A stretch of 62,196 nt of DNA, filler included, from Globobulimina sp. (lineage: Eukaryota), in assembly GCA_003354225.1 (NCBI GenBank). It is 30 parts of 30 records of this genome, joined end to end, with 100 filler letters (N's around TTAATTAATTAA, not from the genome) between each part and the next. Parts side by side here need not be neighbours in the genome. Positions count along the whole stretch, not along the records: positions 47,772 to 49,746 come from PIVH01010073.1; positions 49,847 to 51,821 come from PIVH01010074.1; positions 51,922 to 53,896 come from PIVH01010075.1; positions 53,997 to 55,971 come from PIVH01010076.1; positions 56,072 to 58,046 come from PIVH01010077.1; positions 58,147 to 60,121 come from PIVH01010078.1; 24 more parts are not named here. One strand, 5' to 3'. Both the position numbers and the translations under genes were made by a program. Positions 49,203-60,221 of this stretch are shown one piece after another. Numbering within the stretch: the first letter of the stretch is position 1; each line of letters starts with the position of its first letter. The notes under the pieces are model-generated. The model did no database searches and was not told where the DNA came from. It worked only from the letters and a program-made list of their open reading frames with translations.

Positions 49203-49746
49203 TTACATTTTGGACCAATACTCTCGTGTTCGTTTGAGAGCGGTAATGAATTTCTTCGTTTCTCCATCAATAATATGATACGCAGCGAATATCGGATACA
49301 CGATAAAATCAATAAATGCCAATGTTTGTTTTGCCATATTTTGATTTGTGTTCCTGTCGCATGCTGGCGATATCGGCAAATTTAGTACACGCTCCATGTC
49401 GCCCTGAAGGAAAAATTCTTGCGTTATTCTTTGTGTCCACTCAATGGAAACAGACAATTTTTTTGCCGGATTTGAAATATCAGACAAATGCAACGCAATC
49501 GTCATTATAAATCGTTTCTCATTCCGCACATTTGCTATTCTCGCCATTTTATTGTCAGTATATACTTGAAGCTCTAATTTATTTTGTGCTTTTATAATAT
49601 TTGTAAATTGATGCAATTGTTTCAATTGTTTCTGGTGATAAAATAAATCCGTCGCTAATACCATTTCGATCACCGTTTCCCGTACACATTTATATTCGGT
49701 TTTAGTAAAATTTTCTAAGAATTTCTTTTTTTGATCGGTTAAAATT
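49203..49746 (-). CDS. Class I cyclic nucleotide phosphodiesterase, catalytic C-terminus
   Basis: MVLATDL, LHLSDISNPAK, WTQRITQEFFLQGDMER, QTLAFIDFIVYP. Confidence 0.92.
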
Positions 49747-49846
49747 NNNNNNNNNNNNNNNNNNNNNNNNNNNNNNNNNNNNNNNNNNNNTTAATTAATT
49801 AANNNNNNNNNNNNNNNNNNNNNNNNNNNNNNNNNNNNNNNNNNNN

Positions 49847-50512
49847 AATTTTAATATTAAATCATTGGGCAGAGAATGGCAGGGTTTTTATACAAAACTA
49901 GTGGAACAATTTCAAAGTGATTCGTTTGGTGATGACTTATTTGCGAAAATCATATTGTTTCAACAGCAGAATAATTATCATAAACGATTTAAAACAATTA
50001 TTTGGACTCAAATTGATTCATTGGGCATTTTATTGAAAAACAACTATCCGCCAAATATTTATTATCAATGGAAATCATTTTTTGTGCCATTTGAATGCGA
50101 TAAAACTATTATTCATTGTCAGTTGGAAGCTGTTGCGAAAAATAAAACAAATTTACCGAATTTGGCAGAGTGTAGTAATTCATTTTTATATTTTGTTGCT
50201 GTTGTTCAATTATCGCATTATATTTGGTCAAAAGACACTGAAAAAATTAATAAAAATATTAAACGGAATATGTTGAATAATATATTAAATCAATGCGAAA
50301 AATGTGTGATAATTGATATTGTAAATTGTAAATTTAATCATATTCATTCATTAGTTATAAAAGAAGATGAAACTAATAATTTTGTAAAACAATTAAAAGA
50401 ATTTATTAATATCGGAAAAAATAAAATTGTAATCACTGACGATAATGAATATAAAATATCTATCTTGAAAAATGACTTCGCCTCTGTTTGCAAAAAGTTG
50501 TCTTTGTTTTGA
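49847..50512 (+). CDS. RPAP1: RNA polymerase II-associated protein 1 (RPAP1/Rba50/IYO) C-terminus
   Basis: FYTKLVEQFQSDSFGDDLFAKIIL and FLYFVAVVQLSHYIW match RPAP1 C-terminal motifs. Confidence 0.7.
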   Translation, partial: NFNIKSLGREWQGFYTKLVEQFQSDSFGDDLFAKIILFQQQNNYHKRFKTIIWTQIDSLGILLKNNYPPNIYYQWKSFFVPFECDKTIIHCQLEAVAKNKTNLPNLAECSNSFLYFVAVVQLSHYIWSKDTEKINKNIKRNMLNNILNQCEKCVIIDIVNCKFNHIHSLVIKEDETNNFVKQLKEFINIGKNKIVITDDNEYKISILKNDFASVCKKLSLF

Positions 50513-50753
50513 AATAATTTTGATTTATATAGTTTGATCATAAAACAGTACGTACATAAAAATGCAATCAAAAAAAATTAATATTCATTCATCCCTCGCA
50601 GGGTTGTTCCAGCAATCTGTGAGCCTGGAATCAGACCTACGGCCTGATTGAATTTTGCCCCACTACAACTTTCAATTTCTATTTTAAAGTAAAAGTTTTT
50701 ATAACATTTTGTAAGTTTTGAATGGCACCAAACAGTGGTTAACACACACAACT

Positions 50754-51821
50754 ATGTCTCTATTTGCAGTTAAAGCATTCAATTACCCAATTGCTATAAA
50801 CGCAACGGTGATAAACTATACACAAACCAAAAACGAAGATTTGTCATTTACTATCCAGTTATCATCAAATGTAACAACATGGGACATCACACATACACTA
50901 TCTCAATTTGCACAACTGAACATTAAGGTATATCAAATCTGCAACAAATGCAAAATAACTTGTATATAATTATAATTACAATCAAATAACAGTTACGAGA
51001 ATGCAAAGAATTACAATCAATCAAATTACCGCGCTCCATCGCACAACTGCCCTCCTCTCGATTCACTGAATCTGGCAAACAAATAATTGAAGATTATTTA
51101 TGGCGGTTATTGCGCAGAGCCTATGTGTTTATTTCATTACCAATGCGATCCTTTATATCCTTACCAATTATTATGGAACAAAAAACAAATTTATTGTCCA
51201 AACAATTATCCATTATCATCAGAGATGATATTCTTTCCTATTCTGCACAAAATAACAATAAATATATCGATATACAATGCATATTACGTTCCTCGTATAT
51301 CTTAGACGCATATAAAGTGTCTGAAATAAATGAATATTTGATATCTAATGAATTAAATGAAGGATTTGGTGACGAAGACGAGAATAAACAGTCTATATTT
51401 CGTATCGATGTGGTACAAATAAAGCGAGTGCTTCGCTATCAGAAAGATTACAAATTCGCTATCGAGACCAGAAAAGGTGTTTTGTTTGCGTTTAAATGCA
51501 AAAATCAAATACAATTTAATCAATGTTTAAATGACATTAAAAATATGATCAAAGCACTAGGTAATGTACGGTTGACATATAATATCTTTTTTTATTTTAA
51601 AACAAAAACGTTTTTCAATTTATAGATGGATGTACACCATATTTAAACAAATGGGACGAAGACCACAACAACGATTATTTTGAGGAGAAAGTGATTGAAA
51701 AAATAGATATATCTGACGATGAGTTCGATTATTTAGGTTTTAATTCGCCTCTTAAAAACACCGAAATCTGCGAAGAGAAACATAACGAATATATTGACCG
51801 CGTCGATATTGACATTGAATC
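50754..51821 (+). CDS. Spliced PH-domain protein (possibly PX-PH), 3'-partial
   Basis: In-frame introns 50928-50992 and 51561-51625; PX-like KQIIEDYLWRLL; PH-like FRIDVVQIKRV...FAIETRKGVLFAFKCKNQIQFNQCLNDIK. Confidence 0.55.
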
Positions 51822-51922
51822 NNNNNNNNNNNNNNNNNNNNNNNNNNNNNNNNNNNNNNNNNNNNTTAATTAATTAANNNNNNNNNNNNNNNNNNNNNNN
51901 NNNNNNNNNNNNNNNNNNNNNC

Positions 51923-53133
51923 AACAAAGAGGAGCGATCCAGCTCTTCGCCGCCGCCGCCTTACCATGAGGTTGTATCGCAAGAACAGAAGGAACAGAAA
52001 GAAGAAGAAAAGAAAGAGATGGCCGCTGATCCAGAGCCGGATATAATTCATATAAAATTGCAAACAGAACAAGACGCCAAAGTCGCACAAGAATTGCAGA
52101 AGAAATTCTATTCCCAACCTTCAGCCCAAGCAAACAGCAAAAACAGCAAACATAGCAACAATAACCGACATTTGAGTGCGAATGCCAATGTCCGTGAGTT
52201 TGGATTAAGCGATGCTGAGTGGAAATTGCAACGTGAATTATTGGCGGCTAATAATGGTATGGCGGAGATGAAGGAGGATGAGTCTGACTATGCGCTGGCG
52301 AGGCGAATACAGCATGAACAGCAACGGGAAGACAAGAAGTATGCGATGCGATTACAGAAAGAGGAGGAGTTGAATTTGCAAGCAAAGGTTGAAAGGGCAC
52401 GCAATCGATATAGGAATCCGAATTTTGTTGACTATGGCTCACAAGCTGGCGATTATGCATATCACCCATCGTATGGCAGTGGGAGGAGGCAAGCTGGCGA
52501 TGATAACGAGCAACACATAAATCATAATTATTATCCACAGCCACAGCCACAAGCAAACTCCTCCATATCCTCGCAGTCACAGTCGCAGTCTCAGGAAGGT
52601 ACTTTGATATATTTATTCGACATATATTGTATATATATTTGTATATAGGTCGGCGAGCGCAGCGTTGGCAGCCATCTATGGATGAGATTATAATGAATAA
52701 TGGCGCCGTACCGGCGGTGTTTCGACGAATGATGGCGCAAAATGACGAGGTTTTTGATGATGCGGATGATGATGGAATGTTTGAAGCGTTTCCGTTTCAT
52801 AACGCAGTGCATCAAATGTATGGCTTAAATTTGGATGGTTTGCATGGACATCGTAGGCGCAGACATGTGGATGATTCATGGCAACGACTACCACCACGGA
52901 CATTGAGTGAGAAGGATGTTGCTATTTTGAGCAAATCTGAAGAGAAGAAATCTTGTCCGGTTTGTATGGCTGATTTTAAAACAGAGGAAGTGACCCGACA
53001 GTTGCCGTGTTTTCATGAGTTTCATAAAGATTGTGTGGATAAATGGTTTCATCAACAAAATGAAAAAGGGAAAGATGCGTCGTGTCCATTGGATAGAAAG
53101 AAAGTTAAAGATATTGCGAATCAACAAGTTTAA
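51923..53133 (+). CDS. RING-H2 E3 ubiquitin ligase with PPxY and MIU-like motifs, 2 exons
   Basis: CPVC...LPCFHEFHKDCVDKWF...CPLDR; in-frame intron 52599-52648; PPPPY; DAKVAQELQ, DYALARRIQ, DKKYAMRLQ. Confidence 0.88.
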
Positions 53134-56071
53134 TGTAATTGTATTTTTACGGTTGTTTTGTGTGTTTGTAATTCATTAAAAAAAACAATGTTTATCTATC
53201 TCAATATATCGTTTAGACGAAAACCAGGATTTAAAGTCCGAGCATAATTTAATTATACTTTACTTGAAAGGTTTTCACAGAAGTCCGAGCAGTAATTGCT
53301 GTTATTTTGACTGATATCAGCTCTGATGGTTATATCAACTGGAAATTGGTATTCGTTTTCCATAAAATATCAGATTTGCATCACAGTTATGCAGTAATAC
53401 ACCCAACACAACTAATTCATCAATATCCTAAACTCCGATATGGCAACTTCCATAAACCTCGTACACGAATCGTGATTTTTTATTGTATACCGAGTCTATT
53501 TTGAGAGAAAGAATTTCGTTGCAAAATGTGGCTCTCTATACCTGGGATATGGAACAACCTATTTTGTGTTTTTAACTTATTATTCATGATACAAATACAA
53601 CATTGTGCTGCTGTATAAACACTGTTTTTTGCACAATATTTTGTTTATGGGTTCAGTCATTTGGAGAAAAAAAAGTTTAGTTGACAGTAATGCGTGTTGT
53701 TGTATCTATTAATAGCATTCGGCGGTCATCTCTTCGTAGGGTCGTTTTACTGCCGTTTGCTTCTACAGTGTCTACACTAATATTTGTAACTATTTCGGGT
53801 TGTGTTGTTTCTTTATCTCGGTATGATGTAGGAATCCTCGCTTCTGAACATGTATAATAATTACGCCGGAAAACATCGAACACAACCATAAAAAACNNNN
53901 NNNNNNNNNNNNNNNNNNNNNNNNNNNNNNNNNNNNNNNNTTAATTAATTAANNNNNNNNNNNNNNNNNNNNNNNNNNNNNNNNNNNNNNNNNNNNTGCA
54001 ATATCATGGTACCTATGTCCTAGCCCAATTTATATTGCGCAATATAAGAACAGCCCCCTTAGTAATGTCTGGTTTTAAAATTCATCTTTCAAAATTTTAA
54101 CAACGATAAGCAAAGCAACTGAGAGCTTTACTTAGCATTCAATTATTGAATCATTGAAATAAATTAAAAACAAACACATTGCACACAAAAAGTCATTCAA
54201 AATTGAACACAAAAACTGATTCATTATTTAATTTTAAATGGCATTTCAGTTCCACTCAGCCATACAAATCTGTGTAAAAAAATATATTAATCATTCATAC
54301 TCCGATCCATATATTTATAAGAAATAAGAAAGAAAAGATATTGTATCAGAGTTACTTTTCTTAATTTTAATAATGTTTCAACAAAATCGATTCAGTTTAA
54401 GATTTGTCATCATATTATCACAAAACGAATATAATAAAAAAACAAAAACATACAAAATTATGATAAGTCAGCGATTGTAATTGATAAATCTGTAAATAAT
54501 GTTATTTATTTTCTTAATTTATTGTTTGCAAATAAATAAAAAATATGAAGCAAACTTTAGCAATGAAGGGATGTTATTAACCATTCATTGCTCAAAGTCA
54601 TGTTTCTGTTCTTTTATATTAGATCGTGGAAAGAACGTAAATTACAAAATTCAAAGTAAAAAACATTGGCAAATAAATCGATCTGTAAAAATAATATACA
54701 TTAAATATAAAAACATACGTTTTTGATTAATTGTATCCATTGACAATATTTCCAAATCCAACCGCGGTTTTCGTTGCTAACACAAAAGAACAGCGAGTTT
54801 TATATACATTGCACATAAAATAAAAGTAATGTTTGGCGATATGTGTATCCCTTTAACTTGATCTCATAACAAAGTGAGAGTCCAAGTTAGCTTGAATATG
54901 CCATACAAAATCTGGTCAGATTTGTTTTTATTTGCATAAAAAAACTTAATATACGCCTGGTGGGAGGATCGTTGCAAACGAATTGGTTTTATCGCATCAA
55001 CGGGCTGTACAGGCATGCAATTTACATATATTTATATTAACTCAACTTTTTGGATTGAATGGACCCAGAGAATGCCGCCTATAATGCCTTTAATCGATAC
55101 AGAAATTCATGTGTTGGTGGTGCTATATCTCTGTATATTTAAAATGTAGCAGAATATGGTAACTTATACAGTATGAATTGAAGGCATAAATATCAAAGCA
55201 ATGCGGAAATGTATGCACGTACGGAAGTAATGCCACATTATGATATAAGATATGTGGATTATGGAGTTTAAGTATGCATATTATAACATACATCATAGTC
55301 ATTCATCTTTCATTATTTCTCCATTTGCTGATCGGGTGAATGCTATGTATTAATCAATAAAATAATAAAATGGTAATGCATTTTAAGGGAAATGCGCAAT
55401 GTTACAAAAGGGTTAATATTATCGATCAGACGAAGGTGAACTTGCAATATCATCATTAATGAGGTCAGTCCTACCAACAAGGACAAGGATACGTGTTTTC
55501 ATCATTAAAAATTGAATAAATTTATAATGTATTAATTGGAACATACCTCAATTGTTAATTGATTGTGCCTTTTGCCTTTTGCCTTGTTTTTCAATTGTTT
55601 GACTGTCTGATATCTGTTTTTCAAACAAAACAAATTGTAATTGGGGCGGAAATGATATTATTTGTAAATATAAACGAAATAATTAGTTATCAGACTGGGG
55701 CGGCACGTAAAGGAAATTCATCATAGCATATCAGGATGAAACAAATTACGCTTCTCATCAAAAGACAGAAATTCCAGGAAATTAATGATTTATAAAACTA
55801 AACAGTTGAATGAATTGTCAATATTCATAATAAACCAAATTGAATTCGAATTTGCGATAATTAGAATGATTGATTTTAAAATGCGTTGAATATTGGAGGG
55901 TCTATCCAACAATGATCGTTTTATTTTATTTGAAATAATTGTATTGAGGAAGAGGATGGTGTGAAGATAGTNNNNNNNNNNNNNNNNNNNNNNNNNNNNN
56001 NNNNNNNNNNNNNNNTTAATTAATTAANNNNNNNNNNNNNNNNNNNNNNNNNNNNNNNNNNNNNNNNNNNN

Positions 56072-57155
56072 ACCCACCCAATTATTATTCTCCATGATAT
56101 ATCCATCAATCATGGCATCTGATACAATAACAAACGACATAATTATCATACAGAAAGATGTATATCCGAATGAATACAATGATGGATGGTGTCCCAATAG
56201 CAATTTGTCCGTACATAGAAGTTTTAACATAAGAAAAAACATAAACAATCACATGGATTATTTTGCTGTAACGAATATATCATCCGATTCATTTAATGAA
56301 TGGGTTGATAATAACCAATTATTTACATATTTCAACATCACAGAATCAACACAAAATAAATTAACATCCAAACTAATCAACAACAAAAACCAAAATTGTT
56401 CATTTGACAGCAAATTGCACCAAAATATATCACTGTTTATGGACTGTTTAAAGCTGAAAAAAATTCGTTATATCGTATTCTTGGGAGACTCACAACAACG
56501 AACTATATTTGATGCGATGGCTGCTGTGTTTGATACAAATAATGTGATCAATAAGTCCTCTGTACACAAATCCAGTCATCAGAACTATTTGGAATACTAC
56601 ACATTGAATGACATTAAATTTAAATATTTTTGGTTGGATAATATTCATCGTGAAAGAATTGATGGTAAAAATATGTCCAATGCAGTTTCAATAAATTCAT
56701 TGATTCAATTCATTACAAATAGCAGTATGGTTCCTGACGTAGTGTTTTTTAACACTGGTTTATGGACATTACGATGTGCATCAAAACCAACATATTTTTA
56801 TCAAAAATATTTACCGCACATTATGGAGCTGATACATTTATTTGTTGTCAAAAGGTATGATTATAAAACCAAGATAATATGGAAAACCACACATTTTCAA
56901 CAATTGGAAGCTAATAAAAAGGCCATGAATGGTTTAGATGTCGCTGATATTAATAAAAAGCGAGTTGCAATGAATATATTTGCTAATGCCATCGCTCATG
57001 AATATAGCTGGAAAATAGTGGATGATTTCACAATGACAAAAAATGAATTCAAAGTTGGTGTTCGTGGTACTGATAGAATTCATTATCGATCTAACACTAA
57101 AACAATGAAAAACACAATCATGTTAATAAAACATCTCATATGTCACGTAATATAG
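56072..57155 (+). CDS. SGNH/GDSL-like PC-esterase family protein, 5'-partial
   Basis: IVFLGDSQQR, DVVFFNTGLW, IIWKTT, and the DxxH motif DRIHY. Confidence 0.8.
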
Positions 57156-57305
57156 GTTTATATCACCATGCCATGCCGGTATTTTTACGCAGACTTTCCC
57201 CCCAGTTTCCAATGCAATAAATTATTACATTCATCGTATACAAGAACCAACTTTTGAACTTTAGCTCTAGTGTAGGTTTTAATTCACAACTGAAACAGAG
57301 AAACC

Positions 57306-58046
57306 ATGCGCAATAAATGTAATTCTGGTCTTACTAGTAATGGGATCCTGTTGAAAATATTGTTGATACTGCCGTTGTGCCCACAATTGACATACTGTAC
57401 AACCGCTACATTGATGGCATATTTCCAAGAAATTGAGCAAAACAATGAACAGATTTATTTAAAATTTCATAATAGGTACCTTTGTACAACCAGCAGTTCG
57501 TGGGGAATAAATCTACTCACTGATACGCCAAATATAGCATATTTCCATGTGTCCAATGTCAATCTTACTGCAAATACAACATGCTTTTATTTGAATAGCT
57601 CATCAAATATTTTACATCTTTGCAGAGCAGCTGGAGGAAAAGAGACACAATACCAAGCATTCAGCACTCGCTGTATTTTTCAAGTGGAGGAGATCAATAA
57701 TATCATTAGATTCAAAGCAGATAATCAAAAATACCTATCAGAAATTTATACGTCTGAATACGGATATGGCCTTCGTGCTGCTAAAACATCGCCGGATGCA
57801 TATTCTGTCAGCACTATTACAAAAGTAACAGCATCACCAACACAGTATCATACATTGTATCCAACATTCCCAACAAATATCCCATCACATTCTCCAACAA
57901 ATATTCCATCACATTCTCCAACAAATATCCCATCACATTCTCCAACGAATATCCCATCACATTCTCCAACGAATATCCCATCACATTCTCCAACAAATAT
58001 CCCATCATATTCTCCAACAAATATCCCAACATATTCTCCAACAAAT
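57306..58046 (+). CDS. Secreted protein with PTNIPSHS repeat stalk, 3'-partial
   Basis: Signal peptide, a beta-rich domain (FKADNQKYL, fascin-like), then mucin-like repeats. Confidence 0.7.
57870..58046 (+). repeat. 24-bp coding tandem repeat, about 7 copies
   Basis: CCAACAAATATCCCATCACATTCT units run to the contig edge. Confidence 0.9.
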
Positions 58047-58146
58047 NNNNNNNNNNNNNNNNNNNNNNNNNNNNNNNNNNNNNNNNNNNNTTAATTAATT
58101 AANNNNNNNNNNNNNNNNNNNNNNNNNNNNNNNNNNNNNNNNNNNN

Positions 58147-58740
58147 TGGATTTTTGGATTTTTGGATTTTTTTATATATATTTAACTAGTACCTTACACC
58201 AGTCCTTCTCACCACACACCACTAGTACCTACACCTCCCCCACCCCACCACTAGTATGCTACCCCCTCCCCACCACCCCACCACTACTACACTACCACTA
58301 GTATGCTACCCCTCCCGCTACCCCACCACTAGTATGCTACCCCTCCCCGCTACCCATCCCCGCTACACCCCCACTACTACACAACCCCCTCTATACCCTA
58401 CCCTAAACTATCCTAGACTATCCTAGACTTTGTTAGCAAATCCAAAAATCCATAAATATATATATAAAAATCCAAAAATCCATAAATATATAAAAATCCA
58501 AAAATCCATAAATATATAAAAATCCAAAAATCCATAAATATATAAAAATCCAAAAATCCAAAAATCCAAAAATCCATAAATTTTTTGGATTTTTGGATTT
58601 TTGGATATTTGGATTTTTGGATTTTTGGATTTATGGATTTTTGGATTTTTGGATTTTTGGATTTTTATATATATATATTTATGGATTTTTGGATTTTTGG
58701 AGATTTATGACTTTATGGAAAAAAATGGATTTTTGGATTT
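58147..58740. repeat. Foldback satellite: TGGATTTT arrays in inverted orientations around a C-rich core
   Basis: (TGGATTTT)n 58147-58172; CCACCACTAGTATGCTACCCC units ~58200-58400; (AAAATCCA)n 58438-58580, then directly (TTTTGGAT)n 58581-58740. Confidence 0.85.
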
Positions 58741-59052
58741 CGTGGTAAAAAGTCTCTTTCGTTATAACAAACGACCTCCTCTCCATTTATCACACTTGTT
58801 TTAGGTTTCAGGTTTTTTATGTTTCGAGGTTTCAATGTTTGAATGTCCGACAATATCCGATTATGTTTCTTTCATTACTGCTGATCTGTATTTTGATTGC
58901 AAGAGGGAATAGATCAAATTTAATTTCAATGCACAGACGAATAAAGAAAAAAAAAAGTATAAAAAATTCTAAAAAAAACAGATAATTAATAATTAAACTA
59001 AACTAAAATAAAAATAACTATATATACTAAATAAGATTTAGTTACATTAACA

Positions 59053-60121
59053 TTAACATGGATATCTCCAAACCAATTTAGCTTGAAAACAATTACAGCC
59101 AGAATCATAAACAAATTCTGTTCTCCAACAACCGCCGCGTGCTAATCTTCTTTTTATTGCTTCGCCATTTGCCCTTAATATTTGAATTGGATTTAGATTA
59201 ATTTTGGCATTTTTCACCATATTTCTGGTGACATTTATGGCACCAACTTTGTCCATGGTTTGCTGGTAACTGTCACCAAACATTTCATTTAATTTCCCTT
59301 TCCACGAATTGCCATCATTGCCATACAATATATCAAAGAACGCGGCATGACTCATTTTACCATTCGACTCAGAATCATACGCAGCAAATTCATTTTGGGC
59401 AGCCATTGTCCAATATTCTTCGTGATGGATATATCCATTCCAATCAGCATCAAACGCTTCAAAATATATGAATATGGTGACATACTCTAAAAATATGGAA
59501 AATGTGGCTTCATCATCAATTAATACAAAACCATATTGCATCTCAACTGCATCCGCCATTGTTTTGATTGAATTCTCTTTGATTGCTGCAATTTCATTCA
59601 TTGCTCGCACATAACTCACCGCTTCGGGATACGAGATAATATCATCATTGTCGGCATCCATTGTTTCAAATGCTTGCGAATAATCACTAGATACACAAAT
59701 ATTAATCACAAATAAGATAAAAAAATCAAATAACATTTACAAATAAGGTTTAATACTTAACAGTTCATATTTGAAGTAATTTGCAAATTCAGTTTGATTT
59801 AAATAGCCATCATCGTTGCCATCAAAGGCTTGGAATGCAGTTTCAAATAATTCAGTATCACTTTCACTAAAATCATCATTCTTCATTAAACCTTGCAAAG
59901 TGTAAAATGCTTCCTGTTGACGCATATTGTCATTACCATTATCGTTTGGCCATAATGCCACAGCCACGGCAATCACACCACACATTACTAAAACTGCCAC
60001 CATACAATACAACACCATTCGGATACGCGATATTTTGCCCTTTTCACGGTAAAGTTTCACATTATATTGTCTTTCATCTTCATTCTCGAGCTCTGATTCT
60101 GAATCAATTGCAATCTCATTC
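59053..60121 (-). CDS. Type II membrane multi-EF-hand protein with C-terminal Cys peptide, 2 exons, 5'-partial
   Basis: Signal anchor; EF loops DGNDDGYLNQTE, DADNDDIISYPE, DADWNGYIHHEE, DSESNGKMSHAA; in-frame intron 59687-59761. Confidence 0.8.
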
Positions 60122-60221
60122 NNNNNNNNNNNNNNNNNNNNNNNNNNNNNNNNNNNNNNNNNNNNTTAATTAATTAANNNNNNNNNNNNNNNNNNNNNNN
60201 NNNNNNNNNNNNNNNNNNNNN

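Noticed and set aside
53997..55971. Possible gene or RNA in the ORF-poor contig
   Set aside because: No long ORF, recognisable motif, tRNA/rRNA signature or convincing repeat. Treated as intergenic or decayed sequence.
58601..58804. ORF with WIFGFLD repeats
   Set aside because: It is the translation of the TTTTGGAT satellite.
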